Shown here: positions 1-13,079 of the stretch, piece after piece
How the letters are laid out: each line of letters starts with the position of its first letter
How positions within the stretch are numbered: position 1 is the first letter of the stretch
Translations under genes and position numbers: made by a program
Assembly (NCBI RefSeq): GCF_006345805.1
Contig: NC_043000.1
Coordinates: forward strand, 87,978,001 to 88,042,000
Source: Octopus sinensis
Lineage: Eukaryota
Reading direction: 5' to 3'
DNA length: 64,000 nt
Notes under the pieces: generated by a model
The model's input: only the letters and a program-made list of their open reading frames with translations
What the model was told of the DNA's origin: nothing
The model's database searches: none

Positions 1-553
1 CATGCACAACAGAGTATAAATGATTTAAGAAGAAAACTGGGTATAAGAGGCATCGGATGTTGTGTGCAAGAGAGAAGACTGCAATGGTTTGGTCATGTGT
101 ATGGCTGAGTACAGCCGCTGAGCTCTAATTACGGAGGGTACCTGTGGAAGGGGTAGACCCAGGAAGACGTGGGATGAAGTGGTGAGAAAGGATCTTTGGA
201 TGTTGGGCCTCACTGAGAAAATGACAAAGGATCGGGAGATATGGCAATTTGTTGTACTTGATAAAACATGCCAAGCTAAGTAAAATCGCTTGTCCTTTCA
301 GGTACTGGTACCACTAAAAAAGTACCCATGCCAGTGCTATGTTAATGGGCCCATGCTGGTGCTGCATAAATACATCCACACCACTGGTATGTAAAAAGCA
401 CCCAGTACATGCTGTTGAGCATTTGGCATTAGGAAGGGTAACCAGCCATACAAACCATGCCTCAACAGACAGCTCCTTGCTAACCAGCTCCATGCCAAAT
501 CATCCAACCCATGCCAGCATGGTAAGTGGACATTATACAATGATGATGATGAT
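1..553 (+). mobile_element. RTE LINE 3' end plus 3'UTR and (TGA)n tail
   Basis: RRLQWFGHV, EGTCGRGRPRKTWDEVVRKDL; 3'UTR similar to the other copies. Confidence 0.88.
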
Positions 554-1814
554 ATGCTAGGATTCTTTCAGTTTCCATAATCCAAATTCATGCACGAAAC
601 TTTTGTCAATTCAGAGCTATAGTAGTAGACACTTGCCCAATATGCCATGCAGTGGGATTGAAACCAAAGTCATGTAGTTCAGAAGTGACAAGCAAAATAT
701 CATTCATCATCACCATGTGTCGGTGGCACAAAAAAAACAAAAAAAAAACACCATCCGAGTGTGGCCGTTCGCCAGCCTCGTCTGGCACCTGTGTCGGTGG
801 CACATAAACACCCACTACACTCTCGGAGTGGTTGGCGTTAGGAAGGGCATCCAGCTGTAGAAACACTGCCAGATCTGACTGGCCTGGTGCAGCCTTCGGG
901 CTCCCCAGACCCCGGTTGAACCGTCCAACCCATGCTAGCATGGAAAGCGGACGTTAAATGATGATGATGATGATGATGATGATCACCATCATTGATTTGA
1001 TGATAATTTTTCCACGCTTGCATGGGCAGACAGAATTTGTTGAGGCAGATTTTCTATGGCTGGATACTTTTTCTGTTGTCAGCCCTCACCTGTTTCCAAG
1101 CAATGTAACAGTTTCCCATGGCCAGACATTTTTTCCCTAAAGATTGGAAGTGAATTACTACAACTATCAAGCAATATCAAGAGAGACAAACACACACACA
1201 TGTACACGAGGGTATTCTTTCAGTTTCCACCAACCAAACCAACTCATAAAACTTTTGTTGATCTGGTGTTACAGTGGAATTACTTGCCTAAGGTACCTTG
1301 CAATGGGACTGAACTCAAAACGACAAGTTGGGAAGTGACCTCCTTTACCACACAGCCATGTCTGTGCCTCATTCTCTTCAAATTTTAACGAAGAGGTTTG
1401 CCATATCAGTAACGTATGTAAACTGACCGTAGTAACACTTTATAACTCAAGAGTAAATTACCAAAATATTTGAAGAGTTAAGTCATTTCGTTTCGCTAGA
1501 AGAAATGTAATTACTGAGTAAAGAAATAATATACTCTCCAAGAAAAAGAGCAATTTTCATCTTAATGGAATCGTTATCAAGTAAATTAAATTGCATCAGT
1601 TATACCTGATAAGAAACGAAATTAGAGAAGACATTTGTCTGAAGCCCTTAGGTTACCAAATACAAACTGAAAAACCTGAAGAGACACATACATATATGTC
1701 TCTCTGTGTGTGAGTATATCTATCTAGCTATCTATCTATCTACCTATATATATATATATATATACACTCATCTCTGATAGTACCACTTCATGCTGCAAAT
1801 CTCTTCTAAGACAT

Positions 1815-1888
<74 letters not shown>

Positions 1889-1906
1889 CTTAGAAGAGAT
1901 ACATAT

Positions 1907-2040
1907 ATACTCATCTCTGATAGTACCACTTCATGCTGCAAATCTCTTCTAAGACATACATATATATATATACATATATATATATATGTATGTCTTAGAA
2001 GAGATTTGCAGCATGAAGTGGTACTATCAGAGATGAGTAT
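1907..2040. repeat. Perfect 56-bp inverted repeat with a TA-rich loop; partial tandem copy at 1765-1900
   Basis: 1907-1962 is the exact reverse complement of 1985-2040. Confidence 0.92.
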
Positions 2041-2400
2041 GATATGTTATAAGCAGACAATCACAAGAAACTAGGTTCTGCAAATAACACTTATTCTTAT
2101 TAAACAACAAATGCTGAAATTGTAGGAATCCAAACGCATATGATGAATGGGAAGAGAAAGAGAGAAGAAAAGAAGAGAAAAGAAGAAGAGATCAGAAAGC
2201 AAACAGAAGTATAAAAAAAAATAGAGGAAGGTAAATAGAGAGAAAAAAAAAATGAAAGCGAAAATAAACAATGCGAAAGAATAGAAGGAAAGAAATAATT
2301 ACGTGCATGAGTAACAGAGAAAATCAAACAATGACATGTGTATTTATTCTTAATACATTCCGGCAAACTCGGATGTAAATATGCTAATTGCTAATTATGC

Positions 2401-2890
2401 AGAACAACTTTCAGACAATGTGTGCTTACAAAAAATTAATTTCATTGAGATAAAGCAACTTTGAGACATTGTTGTATTTCAACCTGGTTGTATCTCTTCA
2501 ATCAAACCTACATCAGGATGAATGAACTGAAGGAATTTGAACAAGAGTTGTAACTCTTGTATATAGAAATCAGTAAATAAATTATTTGCTGATGTTTGCA
2601 GGTGTCTGCCAAACCAACAATAAATGGTCATTGTACATGATTATTTTGACTTTTACTGTTCTTTCTGCCTGTGACAATTTATTGTTGGTTCAGCAAGCTT
2701 CAGCAAATGATTGGCTTACTGCATTTTGGAAACAAAAATTGAGATTTTTGTTTAGTCACTGATCTGGGGATAGCTTTGACTGAAGGAACAGAACCAGGTT
2801 GAAACACCGTGATGTTTCAAAGCCTCCTTACCTTAATGAATTGGGTGTGTTATGAACACACACATTTTGTCTGAAAAGAGAAGTTGTCCT
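2401..2890. repeat. Imperfect foldback of about 490 bp
   Basis: Matching arm blocks such as ttcagacaa..tgtgtg, tttcaacctggtt and aaccaacaataaat around a loop of about 40 nt. Confidence 0.75.
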
Positions 2891-3181
2891 CCAAAGATGA
2901 AATACAACAGTGATTAGTCTAATCATGTTCAAATCTGATGAAATGTATCAAGAATAGATATCTATTTACTCTTTTACTTGTTTCAGTCATTTTGACTGCG
3001 GCCATGCTGGAGCACTGCCTTTAGTCAAGCAAATTGACCGCAGGACTTATTCTTTGTAAGCCTAGTACTTATTCTATCGGTCTCTTTTGCCGAACCGCTA
3101 AGTTACAGGGACGTAAACACACCAGCATCGGTTGTCAAGTGATGTTGAGAGGACACACACACACATATATATATATATATA

Positions 3182-3333
3182 GGGAGAATTCACGAAAAAA
3201 ACTAAAGACGAAGACAGGTGGTGTACAAAACAAACAGATGTATTAGTATAACGCTCAGGAATTGAAAAAGTCTTTAACGTTTCGAGCCTATGCTCTTCCA
3301 CAGAAAGGAACACAGAAAGAAACAAGGAGAGAA
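3182..3333 (-). mobile_element. Penelope-like (PLE)-derived repeat inside the microsatellite of a SINE
   Basis: acgtttcg...ctcttc signature; a second copy lies at 27325-27437. Confidence 0.6.
3272..3307 (-). ncRNA. Minimal hammerhead-ribozyme-like motif with a non-canonical core
   Basis: Minus strand reads CTTT-CTGTGGA-A-GAGC(ATAG)GCTC-GAAAC-GTT-AAAG: helix I (4 bp), helix II, GAAA, GUH. The core has U where CUGANGA has A6. Confidence 0.4.
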
Positions 3334-3385
<52 letters not shown>

Positions 3386-4694
3386 GCTTCTTTCAGTTTC
3401 TGTCTACCAAATCCACTCACAAAGCTTTAGTGGAACCCAGGCTATAGTAGAAGACACTTGCCCAAGGTGCCACGCAGTGGGACTGAAGCCTGAACCATGT
3501 GGTTGGAAAGCAAGCTACTTACTACACAGCCACTCCTGTGCCTATGATAAGTACATCATTGAAAAAAAAAGTTTGAAAGAAAAATAAAGAAAAGAAAACA
3601 AATAAATGACAAAAGAAAAAGGTAAAAAATACAAAAGACAACAGAAAGATGAAAATAAGAAAGTAAAAATAGGGGAGACAAAAATACAAAAGTGAAAAAA
3701 AATTAACAAAAAAGTGAAATGAAACAAATAAACTAGGAAAACAGAAAATTATGAAAGCAGTGACAAGAAAATTCTTAAGTTTGATGTTGACATGAGATTT
3801 TAAGAAAAAGAAACAAATAAACAAAATTTAATGTGTGTTAGGATGCAAGCTAAGAGTTGAAATATTCAAGCTCTCTCTTTACTCTTTTACTTGTTTCAGT
3901 CATTTTGACTGTGGCCATGCTGGAGCACCGCCTTTAGTCAAGCAAATCGACCCCAGGGCTTATTCTTTGTAAGCCTAGTACTTATTCTATTGGTCACTTT
4001 TGCCGAACCGCTAAGTTATGGTGACGTAAACACACCAGCATCGGTTGTCAAGCGATGTTGGGGGTAGACACACAAACACACATACACATATATATACGAC
4101 AGGCTTCTTTCAGTTTCTGTCTACCAAATCCACTCACAAGCCTTTGGTCGGCCTGAGGCTATAGTAGAAGACGCTAGCCCGAGGTGCCATGCAGTGGGAC
4201 TGAACCTGGAACCATGTGGTTCGTAAGCAAGCTACTTACTCCACAGCCACTCCTACGCCTATTAACCTCAACTTTAGAGATGAAAATAGATCTGTAATGT
4301 TTATATATATTCTTCGTTTTCTTTAGTCTGATAGCATCAACTGACTCATTGCTAGATATGAATACCAGACTGGGCTTGAACTAGCAACTTATATTTTTAA
4401 ACTATGGGTATTTACAAAAGCAGCTACATCATAGAAGAGCCATTTAATACATAGAAAGCTGTTCAATTCTTTTCAAATTTAAATGTATTTTATAAGGCAT
4501 GAAAATTTCCTTTGTGGTGCAAGTTATTAGTTTAAATCCAGTCTGATACTACGATGATGAGTAGAGATCAAATTAATCATAACAGTGTAGATGTCAATAT
4601 TACTATTTTTTCTTACCTAAAGGTGAGTTAATGATGTAAAAAAAAAGAAAAAAAAACTTATCCTTTTATGAAGAAGATTAAGGAAGTTACTTAC

Positions 4695-4799
4695 CTCATA
4701 GAGTAAGGGCTAATATATGATTTGGTGGAACATTTGTTCTGTGCATGACATTGAAGTATAAGAAGATCGCCGATAGCAGAAATTAAAGGTGTTAAATTC
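4695..4799 (-). CDS. FOCAD: Focadhesin coding exon, 105 nt, phase 2-2 (K|NLTPLISAIGDLLILQCHAQNKCSTKSYISPYSMR)
   Basis: Acceptor ttttttgtcag|, donor |gtaagt. Phase matches the previous exon (AA|G). Aligns to the remembered FOCAD segment RNTHGLIKAIMHLLQMQ...IYTIR. Confidence 0.85.
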
Positions 4800-5344
4800 C
4801 TGACAAAAAAGGAAAAAAACACAAATTATATTTGTTTCATATTTTGGTGTGAGGCCAAGAGTCTCAGGAGAGGAGGTAAGCTGATTACATTAACCCTACT
4901 ACTCAACTGGTATTATTTTACTGACTGCAATAAGGTGGCAAGCTGGCAGTATTGTTAGCATGCTGAATGAAATGCTTAGTGGTATTTCGCCTGTTGCTAT
5001 GTTCTGAGTTCAAATTCCACTGAGGTAGACTTTGACTTTCACCCTTTCAGGGTTGATAAACTAAGTATCAGTTGAACACTGGGGTCGACAAAATTGACTC
5101 ATCTTCTTACACAAAATGGCTGCCCTTACTCTTTTACTTGTTTCAGTCATTTGACTGTGGCCATGCTGGAGCACCTCCTTTAGTTGAGCAAATCAACCCC
5201 AGGACTTATTCTTTGTAAGCCTAGTACTTATTCTATTGGTCACTTTTGCAGAACCACTAAGTTATGGTGACGTAAACACACCAGCATCGGTTGTCAAGCG
5301 ATGTTGGGGGAACAAACACAGACACACAAACGTATACACACACA

Positions 5345-5390
<46 letters not shown>

Positions 5391-6504
5391 TATATACGAT
5401 GGGCTTCTTTCAGTTTCCGTCTACCAAATTCACTCACAAGGCTTTGGTCGGCCCAAGGCTACAGTAGAAGACATTTGCCCAAGGTGCCAAGCAGTGGGAC
5501 TGAACCCGGAACCATGTGGTTCATAAGCAAGCTACTTACCACACAGCCATTCCTATGCCTTGAAACCATTATTTTATCAACTCCAAAAGGATGAAAGGCA
5601 AAGCCAACCATAGCAGAATTTGAAACTCAGAATGTAAAAATGAGGGTAATGCATTTTTGCCTGATATACTAATGGTTCTGCCAGTCACAATATTGGTTTC
5701 AAATTTTGGCCTATGACTAACAATTTTGGCAAGAGGGTTTTAAGTTGATGACATCGGCCCCAGTGCGCAGTTGCTACTTGTTTTGTTGACCTTGAAAGAA
5801 TGAAAGTAAAGTCAACTTTAGTGGAATTTGAACTCAGAATGTAAAGATGGACCAATGCTAGTAAGCATTTGCCTAGCATGCTAACAATTCTGCAAGCTCA
5901 CTGCCTGGAGAAGAGTCAAAATATTAAAGCCTATAAACATAATCAACATTTGCTGTTTATCTATATTTCACTTTTCATTTTTCTATATAATGTGTGTGTG
6001 TGTGTGTGTGTCTGTGTATGCATTTATATTTGCACCCTAAGGAAGTTGCTCTCTGTAAATGTTGTAGTCATTTCTGTCAACAAATCATCTGCTCATTTCA
6101 TGCCATCAAAGACACATGGAACAACAAATTCTTTTTTCTAAATGCAATTAATTTGTTTATGCCCCAGAAAATGTTTTTCACCATACCAATTTGTAGCCTT
6201 CTCAATGAGTGGACATTATCTTCGTTAAATACTTCAATTTTAGTTTTTAACTGATTTTACTGTTGTAAGCATGTGAATTAACAATGCTTTTTGTTTATTT
6301 CCTTTGCTTCAATTTTTTTAGTAGTTGCAAGCATCAGAGAATGTGTGTGTATGATGTACTTAAATTTAATAGTCTTCTACACCATAGGTACAGATCTTAG
6401 GGCCCAACTGATACTTATTTTATTGAACTCTGAGAGGATGAAAGGCCAAGTCAGCCTCATTGGAATTTGAACTCTCCTATTCTTTTTGTTGTAGAAGTTC
6501 TTAA

Positions 6505-6724
6505 CCCTTTCATTACTGCATTTATTTTGAGATACTCTGTGTTTCTTTCAATTATTTTAAATATAACAAAGAATTTAGTAAAATAACTTAGTTATCATTC
6601 AGCTAGTGTTCGGAACATAAATTGGGACAAAGGTTTGGTGGAAGATTTTAATTCAAAACTTATGAAAACAAGATATTTGTACTCAGAGCCAGAGCCGGTT
6701 TCAGCCAGGTTGGTAATGAAAGGG
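6505..6724. mobile_element. piggyBac-type MITE, 220 bp
   Basis: TTAA on both sides; TIR ccctttcattac / gtaatgaaaggg. Confidence 0.85.
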
Positions 6725-8350
6725 TTAAAGCTCTTTAGTTTTGTTGGTAGCAAAGCAATCTCACTAATGCTGGTGCCATGAAAAAAAGTACTCAGTACAT
6801 TCATTTGTAAAGTAGTTGGCATTAGGAAATGCATCAGGTTATAGGAAACATTCCTAAACAGAGACATTGGAACATGGCGCAGTGCACTGACTCACTGGAT
6901 TTTTGTCAGACTGTTCAACCTATGCCAGAATAAAAAACGAGTTAAAAATGATGGTGATGATGATATCATTAAGCATCTTTTATCGTTTATCTATAATCTA
7001 ACCACTCACACAGACACAGTGGTTTTTTGAGGTCTGCAGAGGCAGTTAATAATCTAAAAAATTATAACTTTATTAAGAACTCATCTCAGACATTTAATTA
7101 ATAATTCTCTTATATCCCACTGAAACATGAGATAAAAGGAAATTAATAATTCTTCCTTGATGTTTCAAATCATCTGAATTATCAGTTTCCTTTTTTTTTT
7201 CTTCTTTCTACTTTATCATTTCTTTGCAATTCTTTATGTTTACCTAAGTAGAATGGTTAAGATTTTTCAGTTTCTTTTTTTGTCATTTTATTTTGCTTTA
7301 TTTATTCATGGGCAATCAAGCAAACTCAAAAAACACAAAGTAACAGTCATATTGACGGACCTTAGTAGCTCAATACCATGTCTCATAAACATGGTACCTC
7401 AGCACTCACTCATTTGCTCAGTCATTTTAAGTTTGTTTTTAATTTCCATGCTAGCATGGATTAGATTTATATATCATTGAGTCATTTTACAGTTGTCAGT
7501 GATCGATATTTTTCTCTTAAGTCCTCTTTGGTTTTTTTCTCTGCTTGTATGTAAATTTTTACTTAAATATTGTAACTTTTTTCAAACATAGTCTTGCCTA
7601 TCACTTTTAGCCTAGTGTAATATATATATATTTTTTGTTTTTCAATATTAATGTATAACTCTCTATGGTTTTTTTCTACTAGTGCACCTGTTATGTTATA
7701 TTTACTAGACACATGTGGTCCTGTTTACATTATACTTCGTCTCGACCTATTACCATTTTTTTAAAAAACATATCAGTTAGATTTTTATGTTATAGTTTAC
7801 TACACATATAGACGTGCATGCACATTGATATGTCTGTATTTTTTTTCTCTTTCCTCTCTCTCACTATTATTATTACTGTTATTTTTTCCCTTTTACAACT
7901 TGCTTGTAAATATCAGATTTTTCCCTATTACCCCTTTTGCATTCTCCCTTATTGTATCTTATTTTAATTTGCTTTATTAAACCTTTTTTGATGTCCTTCC
8001 AAAAATTCCTCACACTGATGAGAATGACAATGCATAAATTTAATTATAACTACTATGATTATAATTTTTTTCTTACATATTTGTATTGTCCTTTGAAACA
8101 TGCATATGTATTGAACCCTATTTTGTATTAAATCTGATTTTGATGCAACATCTTTTTCTCCTCTATTTTTTATAATTGTTTATGGTATATTTATACCTAT
8201 ATCAATATTTTTCAGCTACTATTTTCATATTCTTACTACTTGCTCTGTGTGTTTTTTTATGAATATGATGAATCTTTATTAGAAATCATTCTTTCTCTCT
8301 TTTTTCACCTCTCAAAAAGTTTGAATTGTTCTTCTTTGAACTTATTTTTT

Positions 8351-8420
<70 letters not shown>

Positions 8421-8424
<4 letters not shown>

Positions 8425-8546
8425 GAGGGCGATTGGGATCACGTGGATGAGAAAGGCGCAATCCAGAGTGGAGTGGACAGCATGCTGTGACCAGCGGTGT
8501 CAAATGGATGCCCGATGGACTGGTCGGTCAAGGTGATCAAAGTGAT
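8421..8546 (+). mobile_element. 3' terminus of an RTE-like LINE inserted in (TA)n
   Basis: Reads RRAIGITWMRKAQSRVEW; ends ctggtcggtcaaggtgatcaaagtgat; flanked by TA arrays. Confidence 0.6.
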
Positions 8547-8552
8547 ATATAT

Positions 8553-8586
<34 letters not shown>

Positions 8587-8714
8587 AATATAAATATTGG
8601 CCTGCTCGCTTAGCCAGCGAGGTGGCGTCATTTGGAGGCTAAAACAATGCGAAACACATTGTGACCAGCAATGTGTAGCAACATCTGATAGTCTGGTCGG
8701 TCACGGTGGTCAAG

Positions 8715-8774
<60 letters not shown>

Positions 8775-8946
8775 TCATTATCACCATCACTGTTTTAACA
8801 TTCACTCTTCCATGCACTCATGGCCAGACATGTTTCTGCAGAAGACTGGAAATGAATAACACTGCTTGTATGATGGTGACACTTTTTATAAGTATTAAGA
8901 CAAGAAAACACAAACACACACATACATAGCCATCAATCAATCAATT

Positions 8947-9011
<65 letters not shown>

Positions 9012-9569
9012 AGAGAGATCTGAGCGTGACCATTGGTTTCACACCTATAAAGGGCTTAGCTCTATAGGTGACTCAGCAGAAAGGTAAACTGCCTCTGGCC
9101 ATTTGAGTCAGATGAGTCACATAAATAGCTAAATGCTTTATAGGTGTGAAACCAATGGTCACTCTCTGATTGGCCATAACTTACCCCCTCCCCAGAATTG
9201 CTGCCCTTGTGCCAAAATTTGAAACCCATATTTGTGTTTGAAACGTCTCCCTCCTCCTTCTTGTCCCCTGCTGCTGCTGCTATCATCATCATCATCAACA
9301 ACAACAACATCAACAATTAACATCTAATTTCCATGCTAGAATGAATTGGGTGGTTTGATAGAATCTGAAACGTTGGAGGAGGGTGATAAGCTCTAGGGTG
9401 GAAATATAAGCATCATAACATCTGCCCTTCATTCTGAGCAGAAAGACCTTTGTTATCAACATGGTAACAGTTCCTTGAACTTTTCTCAACCCACCTAATA
9501 TTGATGAAGCTAACTTAGGTGCTACTAATTTTTTAATAATAAATACTTTTATCTTATCAAAACACTTAA

Positions 9570-10026
9570 CCCTTTAGTGTTTAAACCAGCCATAACTGAT
9601 CCAAATATGCTTGCCTTATATTCTAACCAGTGTGATCCAGCCTATCACACCTACCCTTCAATGCCACTATAAAATATACAATCTCATCACCAAAATTTTG
9701 AAGCAACAAAACAATGCAAGATTAATTAAAAATGATGTGAATGAAAAAGCAGAACATTTGACAGAATATTTCGTTTTGGGATTTGGTTTGCAAGATTCTT
9801 TATGTGAGTTCGTGTGTTGAAGCATATTCTGTTGTGTCTGGGGAGAGTCATTTTCTTTTTGTGCCTTATAATTTAACACACTCACCAGTAAAATTTCCAC
9901 TTATTTATAAAAATAAGAAATAAGTGGAAATTTTACCAGTGAGAGTGTTAAATTATAAGGCGCAAAAAGAAAATGACTCTCCCCAGACACAACATAATTT
10001 GAGAGAATAATTTGAATGCTAAAGGG
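9570..10026. mobile_element. piggyBac-type MITE carrying a nested palindromic insertion
   Basis: TTAA flanks and CCCTTTAG...CTAAAGGG ends. Internal insert at 9769-9996. Confidence 0.8.
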
Positions 10027-10376
10027 TTAAATACTAAGAAACAGGAAAGAAGAGAAATAAGGAAGAAAAGGGGCGGGGAATGGGGTAAAGCAGCAAAAGA
10101 TGGAGGAGGAGGAAGCAATGGGCCACATATCTCAGAACAAATGATGTATTCAGCCTTGCCCAGCAGCAACGACCACAATGATGTTGCCAGTGACACTCAC
10201 TTCAGCAGCCACTCCATCTGGCGGGGCTCATTACTCCAATGGGCCACATGAGTCATCAGCAGCAATTTCTTGTGGTGCTTTTACTTTTGCTGAAGCATTG
10301 TGAGGGAGCAATAAAATGGAAAGTTTATGAAAAGCTGATCTGAAATATTAAAGTTAAGACATCAAAATCTACTTAC

Positions 10377-10531
10377 TTGGCAGAAGGTATTAGATTGAGT
10401 AAGCCATTGAGTACATAAGAATAATCTGCATCTTTAGAATAGACAAGAGTTAGTAGAACCTGACAGCTGGTGTGACAGTTATAAGGGCTGTCATCACAGC
10501 AAGCTGTCCACAGCTGTTGAAGTTCAGGAGT
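10377..10531 (-). CDS. FOCAD: Focadhesin coding exon, 155 nt, phase 0-2 (TPELQQLWTACCDDSPYNCHTSCQVLLTLVYSKDADYSYVLNGLLNLIPSAK)
   Basis: Acceptor cttctctag|, donor |gtaagt, open frame. Strong match to the remembered human FOCAD N-terminus TPALNLLWEKCC...AEFSYVLNGILNLIPSTR. Confidence 0.88.
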
Positions 10532-11099
10532 CTAGAGAAGGACAAGAAAATCAGATTAGCATTTAACTTGCAATCAGTTAAATGAAATGAGTGTTATATA
10601 GAGTAAAAATCAGATCCTATAGATACCATACATTGCCAAATTTCTGAAATAATTTAAATTATACCAGTGAAAGCAGTTGAAGACATCACTAGGTGGCAGC
10701 TCAATTTGCTAGAAATAGAAGCTAGATTCACTCAAATACACCCTACTGTTTAAAAAAAATGGAAATGGAACACTTTCTAAAATGTAGCCTTTGATTGCTT
10801 AATAGCCTTTGAACATGTTTATCATCATCCTCATCATCATTATTATCATCACTGTCATTTAACGCCTGTTTTCTATGCTGGCATGGATAGGATAGTTTGA
10901 TAGCAACTGGCATGGCCAGGGTCCCCACCAGCTTCCAAAGTCTGTTTTGGTCTGGTTTCTACAGCTGGATGCCCTTCCTAACAACAACAACTTTACAGTG
11001 TCTACTGAGTGCTTTTATGTGGCACCTGCACCAGTGATTTTTGCGTAGCACCTTGGTTTTAGGATATCAATTCTGTTATGGCAGGCAGGTCTCCTTCTA

Positions 11100-11690
11100 A
11101 AATCAAAAAACAGTGCAGCACTCATAATCAGTGTTGGACAAACCACATTTCTCAAATTGTCAAAAAAGGTCAAAGGTTTCTAGACATCACTCAGTGAGAC
11201 CTTTGTCAGCCACTCTCTGACTATCTATTTAAAGATATAGATAGCTACGCAATGATCTCACAGTTTGTATCTCCAATCTGAAAACATTCTCTTACTCAGA
11301 ATACCAATCTACTGAAAGCTGTCAAGAGACATAAAACCAGACAAATACTTGCCATCGATCATCATATCTTAAATGTCTTGTTTCTCTGGACATCAATGGA
11401 CATCACATACAAGTGCTTTTGATGTCTAGCAGCTGACTTCGTACAAGCCTATAAGAATATCCACCATCTTTTCAACAACTTTGACCAACTTTTTGAATTC
11501 AACATCTCTACCACCTGAGGACACTTATAAAATAAAAAAACACAACAGCACCCATGACTGTTGGAAACATGTTTTCATGCTCAGAATTGTTGAAGCATGG
11601 AATAAACTGTGTCAGTTGTTAACTGTCAGGACACTACACCTTTCAAAAATTTCACGTTTCCCAAAATTTGGCAACACTATTATGAGCCCT
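11100..11690 (+). mobile_element. Very old CR1/Jockey-like LINE 3' fragment
   Basis: C-terminal KHVFMLRIVEAWNKL resembles the F..RVV..WN.L motif. Confidence 0.5.
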
Positions 11691-13079
11691 TTTCTCTTTA
11701 AGGCTTTTTTACTGCTTACTTTTCTGTGTACAATACATGTTTTTTAGCATTCTTTATTTGATGTCTTTGGCTGCTTTCTGAACCCTCTTTTATCTTTTTT
11801 CCACAAGTTGTAGTTCTCTGAGCACTGTACACAATAAGGTTGTTATCATTAAGGCAGTCAATTTGCAGAACCATTAATGCATCAGACAAAACATCGGACA
11901 ATATTTCTTTTGGCTGTTTACATGTTGAGATCAAATACTGCTGAGATTCAACTTTGCCTTTCATCCTTTTGGGATTGATAAAATAAAATACTAGCCAGTT
12001 ACTGGAGTCAATACAATCAACTTGCCCACTTCTCTCAGAATTGCTGGCCTTGTGCCAAAATTAGAAAGAATTATTTGTAAGATAGGTTCATTCGTTCTGG
12101 GTTGATCTGGGATCTAACAAAAATGATTTAATCTCCCTCCACATTTGAATTTCTTTAAAAAATCAAGGAAATCTGAGATATCTCAGAATTATAATTCAGA
12201 CAAAATTAGATGACATTGAAAAAAGGTAAAATGGTGAAAAAACAAATTTAAAAAAAAAAAGACTAAAAAAACTTGAATATGACTAATTTTGAATATATTT
12301 TAATTAGAGGAATAACATATGAAAAGGAAGGTATAAATGCAAAATGATTAAATATTTTTAAGATAAACATATAAGAAAATTTGTCTACACATGTAAAGTA
12401 AGAAAACTGATATATGATATGCGAAAATTTATTTAACAAGTGATCTAACTACAAGAGAGAAAATTAAAATGTGTTGTCACATAATATGGTTGATGCTTAA
12501 ATTTCAATAGAATACTTTTGACTGGATATATGAAGCTTCTGTCACAGGACTTAATTCAGATTTACACATAGAAATTATTTTAAGTTTAAGAAAAAGAAAC
12601 AGTTTGAATTATTTATATTTGGTATCATGTTGAACATGGAAGCAAAGTTTATACTCTAGGACTTTAAGTTACCTAGTGAACAGCGAAAATAGAGTTTACA
12701 TACACATATACACAAACATAGACAGGTTTTATATAAATTTGATTTATGGTACTACTGTCAAAATAAAAATATCTACCTATTCATATTCATTGACTGTGAG
12801 TAAGAACTGCAATTTATAAGTGTATATATTTCTAAAGATGTATATGTACTAGCAAAACACTTGGAGGAGAAACTTAATGTCCTTTGGACAGTCTCATAAA
12901 AGTTTGTCATTCACCATCAATTTGAAGACGAAAGATCTAGGACACCCACTCTCCATCTCTAACCATCTCTCACTTTCCCTATACCCTCTTGCAATGTTTA
13001 CCCACCCTCACTACCTGTTCTCTTGTCTCCGCTCCATACCTTGAAATGCCAGCTATTGAAAACATGCTAAAGTGGACAA

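Larger units (their letters stand above)
2963..5560 (-). repeat. Cluster of three copies of the abundant composite SINE (about 2963-3545, 3873-4262, 5127-5560)
   Basis: Shared body (tRNA-like head, CORE-like middle, microsatellite, tail). Further copies at about 14173-14555(+), 17345-17510(+), 20087-20435(+), 26812-26970(+), 37760-38065(-) and 40830-41180(-). Confidence 0.85.

Noticed and set aside
2602-2762. Plus-strand exon candidate GVCQTNNKWSLYMIIL...
   Set aside because: It lies inside the 490-bp foldback repeat, has no donor and resembles no family I know.
10231-10376. Strong acceptor 37 nt after the FOCAD donor, giving an in-frame extension SAFHKLSILLLPH...GPLE*
   Set aside because: A 37-nt intron is implausibly short for this kind of genome, and the 4695-4799 exon gives the FOCAD-like continuation.
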